Source: Gnetum montanum (lineage: Eukaryota > Plantae > Gnetophyta). Taken from it: a stretch of DNA of 64,000 nucleotides. The stretch is from contig MNCI01002485.1 in the NCBI GenBank assembly GCA_015680685.1, forward strand, positions 930,439 through 994,438, read 5' to 3'. Below, in pieces: positions 53,540 through 64,000 of the stretch (the first letter of the stretch is position 1; each line of letters opens with the position of its first letter). Position numbers and translations under genes: made by a program. The notes beneath the pieces were generated by a model. The model made no database searches and was not told the DNA's origin. It worked only from the letters and a program-made list of their open reading frames with translations.

Positions 53540-54670
53540 GATGATAATACATGATGTCACAGATCCTATGATGGCATACTATTAACCTGTGTAAGCAACA
53601 ATGAAGTGTAAATAATTGTTGAACAAGTCCATGAGGGATTATGAAAAGGCCACATAGCACCTAGGGTAATGGTAGAAAAAATTAGATGACTAGGCTATCA
53701 TTAGACTTATATGAAGCATGATTACATCTCAAAGGTCAAAACGTGTGACATTTGTCAACAGCATGGCAATCTAATACATGTGCCAACAACTGAACTTTAC
53801 ACAATGTAGATCACATGGTTTTTCCAACATTGGGGTTTGGACATCATCAAATCCATAACACCTAAGTCCTTTGCAAGAAATAGCTTCATAATATTTGCAA
53901 TTGAGTATTTTACCAAGTCGATTAAGGCTATTTCCCTTAGAAAGACAACATTGCAATAGGTTTGAAAATTCATGCTTGATAACATAGTGACTCATTTTAG
54001 CTTACCCATGACCATAGTAATAGACAATGGACGATAGTTTAGCAATGCCGAAACTAAACCCTTTAGTGAGTTCTTTGGCATCAAACATTCCTTCTCATTG
54101 CCATACTACCCTAAGGAAAAAGGCCACAAGAAGGCCACTAACAAAGTCATTGCCAACCTTCTCAAAAAAATGCTAAGCAATAGCAAATGAAGATGCCATG
54201 AGCAACTAGTCTACACACTCTGTGCCTACAATACAACACATTGAATAGAAATAAGTAAGATCCCTTATAGCCTTGTTTATGGATTTGAAGCAATTTTGTC
54301 ACTTGAATTCTAGTTTTCATCACTTTGGGTGATCCTCTCAAACTTCATTGATAAAGCTCTGAACAACAGATTGAGAACTATAGACCTCAACTCAATAGAG
54401 GAGGAGCACACGTAGTTGCTTGATTGAATTGAAATAACAAGAAAAGAAATGGCAAAATCACCATCAAAACCAACATTAGCACCTAATCAAAAAATGAGAT
54501 CTAGTCCTCAAGGTTGTTTGTGAATCCATGGATAAATTCTTAGCCAACATGGAAGGGCCTTTCTTGGTCACTAAGGCCTATGACAATGGAGCATTTAAGC
54601 TTGCTAATCAAAATAGAAATGAAATTTCCAATCCAATAAACCATTCATACTTGAAGTTGTACAACACCTA
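53540..54670 (+). pseudogene. Integrase of element C
   Basis: VHEG...KTCDICQQH, WFFQHWGLDII, IEYFTK, IDNG, SLPYYP, WKGPF-like GPY/F remnant. Confidence 0.9.
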
Positions 54671-54714
54671 GCATGCAACACTACATATCAACAAAGCAAG
54701 TTAAGCACACATTT

Positions 54715-55170
54715 GTCATGATGCTAAACTAGCACAACATTCATCTGCTATGATGTTAAACTAGCATAGGACATTCACTACGATGTTAAAAAGGCATTCA
54801 AACCTTTCATCCCATATGACATTAAAATGGCATAGTGTGTTCACCATGATGTTAAACTAGCATACACACATAGCACTCATCAAGTATGATGCTAAACTGG
54901 CACAACACTCATCTGCTATGATGCTAAACTGGCATAACATTCATCAACTATGATGTTAAACTGGCATAACATTCATCTACTATGATGCTAAACTAGCATA
55001 ACATTCATCTGCTATGATGCTAAGCTAGTATAACATTCATCCACTATGATTCTAAATTGACACATAATAGTCTACTAGGACTATAAACTATCATAGCATG
55101 ATTTGTTAAGACTTTAAACTAGGTTCATGGTCTACTAGGACCTTAAACTAGCAAAGTCATGGTCTACTAA
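54715..55170. repeat. ~31-bp tandem array (gatgctaaactagcataacattcatctgctat) in the 3' UTR of C
   Basis: About ten visible units. Confidence 0.88.
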
Positions 55171-55266
55171 GATTTTAAATTTGATTCATTGTTAGCCATG
55201 CATAATTTTTCAAGAAAGTAAGAGAGTATAAATCTAACTCCCCTTCCTCCCCCCTTCTCACTTTTT

Positions 55267-55492
55267 CTACACCACTTGAATTAGGATACTGTAGTCCCAA
55301 AATGGAGCACCTACAATGGGTGCAACCTTTGAAGCACTTGTAGCATCTTCACCCCCTGCAATTTTGGTATTCTTTTGAGCACTTGCAACAAGTTTGGCCT
55401 TTGGAGCACTTGCATTATCTTTGACCCTCACAATTTTGCTATTATTTTGAGAACTTGCAATAGGTCTAACCTTTGGAGCATTTGCAACATCA

Positions 55493-55528
<36 letters not shown>

Positions 55529-55820
55529 ATGATTTTACTAGTTTCTCATGTTCTTGCCACTGGGCTAGCCTTTGGAGCATTTCTAGAATCATGGCCCCCA
55601 ACCATTTTACTAGCTTTTCAAGCTCTTACCATTGATCTATCCTTGGAAGAACTTGTAGCATCATTTACCCCTAGAATTTTACTAGCTTTTTGAGCACTTG
55701 TGGTCAGCATAGCCTTGGGAGCAGTTGCAATATCATTACCTCCAGGCATTTTGCTAGCTTTTTGAACACTTAAAACTAGCATAGCCTTTGGAGCACTCAT
55801 AGCATCTTTGACCCTTGAAT
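55267..55820 (-). repeat. ~60-bp repeat encoding a (D/N)AxxAPKAxxxASAQKxSKIxG peptide repeat; contains a long poly-C run at ~55495-55528
   Basis: ORFs 55267-55530 and 55618-55800 show the repeated 20-21 aa unit. Confidence 0.7.
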
Positions 55821-56787
55821 TTTATTTGCATTATGTGTTGTGATCTTTTTTCTTCTTCTTAGAGTTGTGTTTGTAGGACAAATCCCTAAGGTGGTCATGC
55901 AAAGATGCATCTCATCATAGCCGCAAGTCATTACATTGCTCCAATGTGCATGATTGGACTCGCTAAACCTCTCAAAAGTGCACATCCCTATTATCCCATT
56001 ATAGCCTAACTACACCCATCCCTAAGTCCTAATACTCTTACATAGTCAAGATTGCAAACCCCTCTGATGCATACGTGATGTGACCACATGACACCCTCTT
56101 CAAGTCAAGCCAAATCGTAGAACCTACGATGGATGTAAAACACGTCATCATTTGGGGAGCCTCTATTGGCTAGTCAAAGCCCAAGTGGATGTAACACAAG
56201 TCATCTTGGGGAGGAAACACTTGTCCTAGAGATGCAAAACTATTTCGCAAGCATCAAAGCAAAGCCCATTTAGTCGCATGTAGTCCACTTTATGGAAAGA
56301 ACCCCCACAGTTAGCATTTAGCAATGTTAAAAGCCCAAAGAAGGTTCACCCCATAGCAAAAAGGTAAAAAAGAAAAAAAAAGGAGAAAAGGGGGAAAATC
56401 ACATCTCCAAGCAACTCAATAGTGCTACAATTTCATAATTGGTCCAGCCTTGAATCCACATTGACTCTCTCATGAGCACTCTGATTAGAGATCAACATTT
56501 TTAGGGAGAAGCCACTTTGGTGACATGGTTACCATCAGCCATGCTAACCCCACATCCTACATCATGACATCTTGTTTGCACCTTGTCTCTCCTTTTATCC
56601 CTAGCACATTACCTACAGTTATTACTTCCAACATACCACTACCCATAACACTCTTGAGCATGGTGCAGTGACATTCGATCAAGTACTAAAGAGTGATGTT
56701 GATGCTAAAATTGCTATGGTGTTTTATCATTCTTTGTCGATGTCTCTCAGGCAACTCCTCTAGATGTCATCAACAAACAGGGACCAA

Positions 56788-58454
56788 TGAAACACCACCA
56801 AATTTTGGCTACAACATCTTGACTAAAAATTTGTCTAAGTGTTAGCACAAAGTTACTTTTTATAGATTTTTCTAAGTGTTGTGACTATGCTCTCCACTAC
56901 CCTAGAGTGTAGTCAACCTAGTAGAGACCATAGTCAAGACAAAAGCCAAATTTTGTATTTTTTTCTATGTGTCATTGCAAGGCCAGAAGCTATAGATTTC
57001 TTGAAGTGCTAGGACTATGCTCATCCCTAGTCAGGAGCATAGTCAGCCTCTTGTGGAGAGCGTAGTCAACATGAAGACCTAGTTTTGACAAATTTTTCTA
57101 AGTGTTGAGACTACACTCTCCACTAGCCTAGAGTGTAGTCAAGAGTAGTCAACTAGAAGCTAGTTTCTGCAAGTTTTGACAAGTGCTAAGACTACAATCA
57201 TTCCCAATTGAAAGTGTAGTAAACATCTTGTGGAGAGTGTAGTTAGCACATAGCCCTTTTTTGCAAAATTTTTCTAAGTGTAGGACTATGCTTTCCTCAA
57301 GTCCAGAGCATAGTCAAGCGTAGTCAGCTAGACCAGCCTTCAAAGGCCTTCACAACATAGCTCTGGCATTCGACTCAACTCCAACTCACCTCTGAAAAGC
57401 GTAGTTAGAAAAATGCATTTTTATTGTATCCCCTTTTATCCCCAAAATTGTAACTATGCTTGACCTCATGCCAGATAGTGTAGAGCATAGTCCTAGAGCA
57501 TATCTCCAAGATTGCATTTTTTCAAGTACATTGTGGTCTTCTTAGCACATGAACATGTAGTCAGTAGAATAGTCATAGTCTCTCAACCTCATAGACTCTA
57601 ATAGAGCATAGCAAAGCATAACACCACTAGCATTAGTGGAAAGCATAGTTGGGTGGCAATGTAGTCCCAATCATCCCACTGCCACATGGTAGCCATCCCA
57701 TGTTTCACACTAAACCTAGTCCTATAAATATCTTAGCTCTCTGTGTTTTTGGGGTTGGAAAATTTGAGAATTAGGAAAGTTAGCAAATTCAAAGTTGGTA
57801 AAAATCAAAGAATTAGCAAAAAAAGACACATTAGTAAACTGGAGAAAGACAATTGTTGCATACCACCATAACTCATCATAGTCCACTATAGACCACTACA
57901 GTCCACTACACACTGCGGTAGCTAGTCCAACAAGCACAAGAACCATGTTAAAATGTCAGTCTTCATGGCCAAAAATTCCTGAGACTATGAATATGCTATC
58001 AACTACACCTAGTGTACACTGCATACCTTCTCACCCCTTCTAGAGTTAACTACACTCAACCCCATTTGGGGTAGTTTTCTATTTCTCTCTCTTATTTTCT
58101 TTACATTTTCAACATTTTACTCACATTCTCTACCATTTTAATGCATAACTACACCTAGGTAGTGGTCCTAGCATGTTGACACCTTCATTTTCTTGCCAAA
58201 AATTTAACTATGCTGACCCCTATTGACACCATTGATCCTATTGGCACTATGCAAACACTTTGCATAATTTTACATTAGCATCAAGACTAACTATGCTACA
58301 CCTTGGTTGCATTTGCTAAGTTCTTATTCAATTGACAAGACCATTTAGGGCATCCCATCTCTACCTCTAGTAGGCCCTTACATGGATGCAGGGTTAGGAA
58401 TGTATGCCAATGGACCCTTTGATGTTCTAGCTACTGATGTTTTCAATTGCCACA
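56788..58454 (+). repeat. 3' LTR of element C
   Basis: TG...CA termini; preceded by the PPT remnant aaacagggaccaa and followed by TSD CTTAT. Confidence 0.95.
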
Positions 58455-59299
58455 CTTATAATCTAGATTTCATATTCATCCTACATTAAGATGAATAGAT
58501 GTAGTGGAGGGACATGGAAGGTAACATTGTGTTACCTCGTTATTGATATATTTCTACCATGGTAATGACCAATCTCATTAAACTAGAAATCATGACACTC
58601 AATTCAAAATATGAGATCCAAGTCCACACTTACAAGAACTATCACCCTATGGATGCCCAATGAAAGAAGGATTAATACATAGAAGCACATTATGAGACTT
58701 CTAAGAGCAAGAGGATACCAATGAAATTATTATTATAGCAACACAAGGAGGATGAGGATTCTCCTTCTTTCTTTGATGAGGAGACCCTTCACCAATAGTT
58801 ACAGTCAAGTTTGAACAACCTTGGTGATGGGAAGATTGGGTCTTAAGACCAAGGATCTTAAAGGATAGAAATCCTAGCCTTTCATCTAAGGACAAGAAGA
58901 ATGATAAAAATAAGGACAAAGTAAAATAAAAAAATTGGATTAGGAACTATAGAAGAAGGACTAGTAGACACCATTCTCTTGGTTCTCATTCTTCTTCATC
59001 CGAAACATTTTCCTTATCCTCAAACATTGATAAGATGATCCAGGACTAACATAAGAGGTAAAATAGTTGAGATTGGAATCGAGCTAAACAACATGACAGA
59101 GATAAACCAAGATCCCACCAAGATGATTAAGACTAAAGGTGGAGACAACCACAAGGGGATGACTAGCATCATTTTGAAATAAGACATAGTAGAGATCATC
59201 ATAGGGATCATGGTTATGAAAGGAACCACTGTGAATAACATGACTATAATGAGCCTCTCTTGGCTACCAGAAACATGTTTAATATTTCAAATGTAATAT

Positions 59300-61320
59300 G
59301 ATTTCCTACAAGGCATAAGAAAGATGGTATAATTAATAGGTTGGACATGAAAAATATCACTAGGTTTAAGCAAGGATATAACTTGGACCCTCAAAAGTTT
59401 CTCCAAGACTTTCATGATGCTTATGCCTTGCAAAATATAGAGAATGGATGTCAAAAGTTGAAATGATTCCCAAGGACAATCACCTAAGAAGTACAAAGTT
59501 GGTACCAGTCCTTGGAGCTAGAATTTATTCACAAATGAAGTACTATGTTGGAACTCTTTAATAATAAGTACCAAACATACTCTAGAATATCCAACTTGTG
59601 AAGGTAGAACTAAGACTTAAAACAAGAAAATCATGAATCCTTGGATACAAGACTAGGCAAGCACTACTCTTTGTTGCACCAATGCCTAGGCCATGGATAC
59701 TCATAAAGGAAATACCTCCACCATATTACAAATGGACTACAAAGAAAGATAAAGGAAATTCTTGGGGTTTATGGCCAAGGAAGACTTTTTGAAATGTGGA
59801 TCCATCAAATTTAAAGGTTGATTTAATAAGTAGCCAAATAAGAAGGGGAGCTAAAGAAATGTAAATGTGTAGAGTATAACAGGGAACCATCCATCCACAA
59901 AGGGAGGTATGTTTTTGTGATTCAAAGAGGGAGGCGCCACTTGATGATGTGGTGCAATGAAATACCTTGACAATAAGAAAATCTATTACTGAGATATCAA
60001 CTAAGGTGGATAAAATGTGGAATTCCTTAGATGAGAAGTTTCAAATAGCTTTGAAAATTGTAGAGAAAAGAGTGGACCAAGAGAGTAGTGGTCAAGATAG
60101 AATGAGAAAATACAATACAAAAAAAGAATACCATCAGAAAAATGGTAAAGCTATGTCAATTGAAGAGGTTTCAAATTTCATAACAGATGAAGATAGGTGC
60201 AAAAATTTACCAATATGAACATCCTAAATGATGTTTTCTAGTGCTATCATATCTACAAAAATCTAGCATGTATTCATTGAATTCCAAATTTTCAAAATAA
60301 AAAACACCCAAGAAGTTGCCTTATCCAAAAGGCAACTACAAGTAGTAGTTCCAAAAACCAATGTATTATCAAAGTGAAGCACCTTCTCAACCTTAAGAGT
60401 AGTACCAACAGTGGCAATGCCCACAGTTGTGGGGGATGCCACCACAATGGCAATAGTATCCTTATAGGCAGTCAAACCCTTATGGATACTATGTCCAACA
60501 ACCTATATTCCATCATGATTCATCTAGCCACACCTCCTTCCCTCACCATTAATACCCTTAAGAATATTATAGAGCACCTTCTCCAAGAGGGGAATCTCTT
60601 TTTTTCTTTTCATTCTTCATATCCCTCAGTAACTCCTACACCACCAAATATCACATCCTTGTCATCTACTCCACCTGTGTAGTGGAAAATTCCATCATCA
60701 TTATAGTAGTAAAATACCATGAGGGTAGTAGACTTATAACTAGATATTCATTAGAGTAGTTCTAAACCAAAATCTATTAAGAAATCATTTTTTAGAATAA
60801 ACAATCCTATAAAACCCTCATAAATACTCATGGTTGTGAACACTACCTTTTCTACCTCTAAAGGTAACCTTGAACTTCCTTAAAATCAAAGAACCTCCAA
60901 TGTCCATACTGTAATGTTTACCCACATGATAATAAATTAGAAAATGGTTAGTCACCTTTATAGAAAATGAATTCCTCAGTGTCCCCTCATTTATTTAAAA
61001 ATTGTAGGAAATAATTCATGTAAAGCTCTATTGGACTTAGGTTTGAGATGGACTTAATATTTCAAAAAACCTACAAAACTTGGAACCTACCTCCTCTTAA
61101 GAAGAGCAGTATCAAACTTGAGCTTATAGATTAGTCCATCATTGTTTCTTTGGGGCTAGTGGAGGACATTGTGACCACCATCTATGGGTGATCCTATCTT
61201 GTATATTTTCTTGTGATTCATGTGAAGAATTATAAGGGAGATATCCCTATCATTATGGTTAGGACATGGCTAAGTATTAAGATGCAAAAATGAGGATTCA
61301 AGATCTTTTTTTGTTTTTGA
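59300..61320 (+). pseudogene. gag and protease remnants of element D
   Basis: Weak gag signature (WYQSL...LKQENHES) and protease ALLDLG...LELIDxS...GLVEDI...IPIIMVRTWL. Confidence 0.6.
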
Positions 61321-61779
61321 AGTCTCCAATAAAAATGAATTTGGCAAAATGGAGAAGAAGAGAATTTTGTGCATTGCATACACCAACACAAGATGCCATT
61401 GCATGTAGAAAATACAGACAATAAAGGATACATCAATCCAAGCATACAATCAATTTTCTAAAACAATAATTATTTAGAAGTGCTTATATGCAGTAGCCTT
61501 AAAACAAAAAGGTACCCAATGGTCAACAATGGATCATCAAGGTAAATCAATAATATACTTGGAACCATTGAAAAGACTTGTTAGTACTTACATTGAGAAT
61601 ATGCATAGAATGGAATAACTTCATTATCAACTCTTCCACACATAAATTGAAATAGGTTGGGGAGAGTTGGAAACCCTTGATCACTTCAAGTAGTAGCCCC
61701 TTGAACTAAATTCTTTACTAGAAACTTTAGAATATGTTTTTTAATCATTAATGTCAATCTTACTTCAAAATAGAAATAG

Positions 61780-63330
61780 AAATTGCTAAAGGTGATGAAA
61801 AAATGTCCAATAGCCTTTTCTTGGTCATATCATGAACTTACTGGGATATATCCATGGACATGCCACCACTGCATCTAGATAGACTCTTCCATCAGGCCAA
61901 TGAGGTAGCCATAGTAAAGGTTAAATCCAAAACTCAAGCAAGTTGTTAAGGAGTAAGTAGAAAAATTTGTCAAGATTTTCTTCATCTATCCAATTGAAAA
62001 TAGTGAATGGGTTAGTCCAATCATTATTATACCTAAGAAAGGAGGGAATTGGAAAGTCCAAATAGATTTTTGACTGTTGAACATGACAAATTTTAAGGAT
62101 CATTTTCTATTGACATTTTTGACCATGTGTTGGACACTATAGAATAACATTTTTATTATAGCTTTGTAGATGGGTATAGTGGATATAACTGAATTCTAAT
62201 TGCACCAAAGGACCAAGACAAAACTACATTCATAAGTCCTTGGAAGACTTTTTCATATAGAAAGATGTCCTTTTGCCTGTGTAATTCTCTTGCTACCTTT
62301 CAATTTTGGTTCTCAGCATTTCTCAACAACAAATTGGTAGTGGAATTGAAGTCTTTATGGATAACTTCTCTACCAATTCTACCAAATTTGAGCAAGTTCT
62401 ACCAAAAATATGGAGGCATGACTATAAAAATGGAAGGGATTCCAATAGTGGATCCAACCACTAGAGCCTTTCAGTCTATGGGGCATTAACTTCATGAGGC
62501 TCATCAACCCCATTTCTAATAGAAAAAGATATATCATTGTAGTTGTTGACTATTATACCAAGTGGGCCAAAGTTGCAACCATCATCAATTGTTCATCCTC
62601 TACTATAACACAATTTATGTAATAAGATGTTATAAATAGGTTTGGCATGCCAAGGGCTATTGTTTTTTGAAAATGGAACTCATTTCATAGGGAATAACTT
62701 TCAAAAGTTAATGCAATTCTTAGGGTTGGAACGTCAATTAACAACCCCCTATTATCCCGAGGCTAATGTTCAAGTTAAATTTACTAATAGGAAAATAATA
62801 AAAGTACTAATATGGACCATTGGTAAATATAAGAAACACTAGAGCACAAAATTCAAGGATTCTCTATGGGCCTATTGATCCACTTGGAAACTTCCTATGG
62901 GTTATTCTCCCTATAAGTTAGTGTATAGAAAATTACCAATCCTTCTAATCAAAGCTAAGCTTCATATACTTTCAATGGCTTGTGAAGTTTACCTTAATCT
63001 AAGTTTAGCACAAAAGGAATATTTGATGACATTGAATGTTCTAGATGAAAACTAACAAGTAACCCTATTAATGAATGGGCTACAGAAGGCACATGCCAAA
63101 CAATATCATGACTTATGAATATGAAAAGTTAACTTCCAAAAAAGAGATAAGGTTCTTTACTAGAACCCCATGCACATACCACAACAAAGAAAATTTCAAA
63201 TGCTATGAAAAGGACCTTATATCATTCATACAACTTTTCTTTTTGGGGTTGTGATAGTTTACCACCCTTCAAGCCTGGACAAATGAATGTTAGTTAATAT
63301 CCAATATGTGAATCCTTTCTTAAAACCATG
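61780..63330 (+). pseudogene. pol: Truncated RT fused by deletion to the integrase core of element D
   Basis: AFSWSYHELTGI, SEWVSP, SFVDGYSGYNxILIAPKDQDKTTFISPW...MSFCLCNSLATFQ, then directly RYIIVVVDYYTKW, FENGTHF, TPYYPEANVQV, KGPY. Confidence 0.85.
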
Positions 63331-64000
63331 GATAACAAGTGATGTGAACACTTGATTAAATGGATAAGAGCATTCTATTTTTTGGATCTCCTCCTTCCAA
63401 CTCAATTGTGGGGGAGATGGCCAACCATATTGATCTCCTAAGAAGGCAATCCAATTTTTTAACTTTTTTGTTTTACACCATTTTTCATATGTTTTTCACT
63501 TTATTGACTATTTTTTTGTTTCTTTTATAAATTTTTTATATATTTTACCTTGTTTATTTTTTCTTAAGTTTTTTTTTATCTTATTTATATGAAATCTTGA
63601 GTTTTTACCATTATTGTTGCTACTTCTAGAAGCTAATTAGTGCAATATTCAATGTATTGTTAAGATTGATTGTTAAATATTCAATGTAGCAATCCATGTG
63701 CATGACTATTAAGCTATTAAATGTCTAATTTCAAAATCCTTAAGGAAGTACATGTAGTTTAATTTTTAAATAAATCCTTCAGCTAACTTTTACTTTTTTT
63801 AACTTTTAGGTCAAAAAAATATTTGTGATGATGAGATAGATGAAGAAGTTAATGCTTAGAATAGATTTGTATGAATTTTCTAGCATTTATTTAAGTCAAT
63901 AGTTGGGTGTATTTTTCTAAGATATAATGTTTAGCTTTACTTTTTATACTATTTAATTTTCTTCAGTTGGTAATGTAAACTTTATACTTACCTTTCTTTG

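Larger units (their letters stand above)
38920..58454 (+). mobile_element. Full-length (~19.5 kb) Tat/Ogre-type LTR retrotransposon C
   Basis: Two ~1.65-kb LTRs; TSD CTTAT at 38915-38919 and 58455-58459; order gag-PR-[spacer]-RT-RH-aRH-INT-3'UTR-PPT. Confidence 0.95.
37742..64000 (+). mobile_element. Decayed Athila-like Ty3/Gypsy element D, interrupted by element C and continuing beyond the window
   Basis: 5' LTR TGATGAG...CTCATCA, tRNA-Asp-like PBS, gag/protease/RT/INT remnants at 59300-63330, and post-integrase tgtgggggag and gaaggcaatccaa motifs typical of Athila-type elements. Confidence 0.78.

Noticed and set aside
54715-55170. CRISPR-like regularly spaced ~31-bp repeats (also at 33020-33240 and 44970-45360)
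   Set aside because: There are no unique spacers and no cas genes, and the context is a eukaryotic retrotransposon; these are tandem repeats.

Overview
Eukaryotic, almost certainly land-plant, heterochromatic DNA made almost entirely of nested retrotransposons; no intact host gene is visible. There are three related, heavily decayed (CpG/CHG-depleted) Ty3/Gypsy Tat/Ogre-type LTR elements carrying an extra archaeal-type RNase H. A is on + (<1 to ~20.5 kb). B is on - (~21.2-34.9 kb) and lacks gag. C is on + (38920-58454) and is full length, with both LTRs and a CTTAT target-site duplication. C is inserted into an Athila-like Gypsy element D (37742 to beyond the window end). A young GC-rich L1 LINE (11232-17790, AACAC TSD, poly-A) interrupts the pol gene of A. 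Three observations stand out. (1) In all three Tat elements, protease and RT are separated by a 6.5-8 kb intron-like spacer. The spacer hosts an antisense multi-exon gene whose conserved exon resembles an FCP1/NIF (HAD, CTD-phosphatase-like) domain with its catalytic Asp residues replaced, followed by a plant-transposon/PMD-like domain and a coiled coil. (2) Each element carries its own CpG-containing ~12-bp motif, repeated many times in its LTRs and upstream of that gene, reminiscent of the VANDAL/VANC sequence-specific anti-silencing design. (3) The L1 ORF2 runs in frame past zf-RVT into a PMD/Transposase_32-like domain instead of RNase H, with a coiled coil further downstream across an N-gap. 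Domain calls are by-eye motif recognition, not database searches, and most internal coordinates are approximate.
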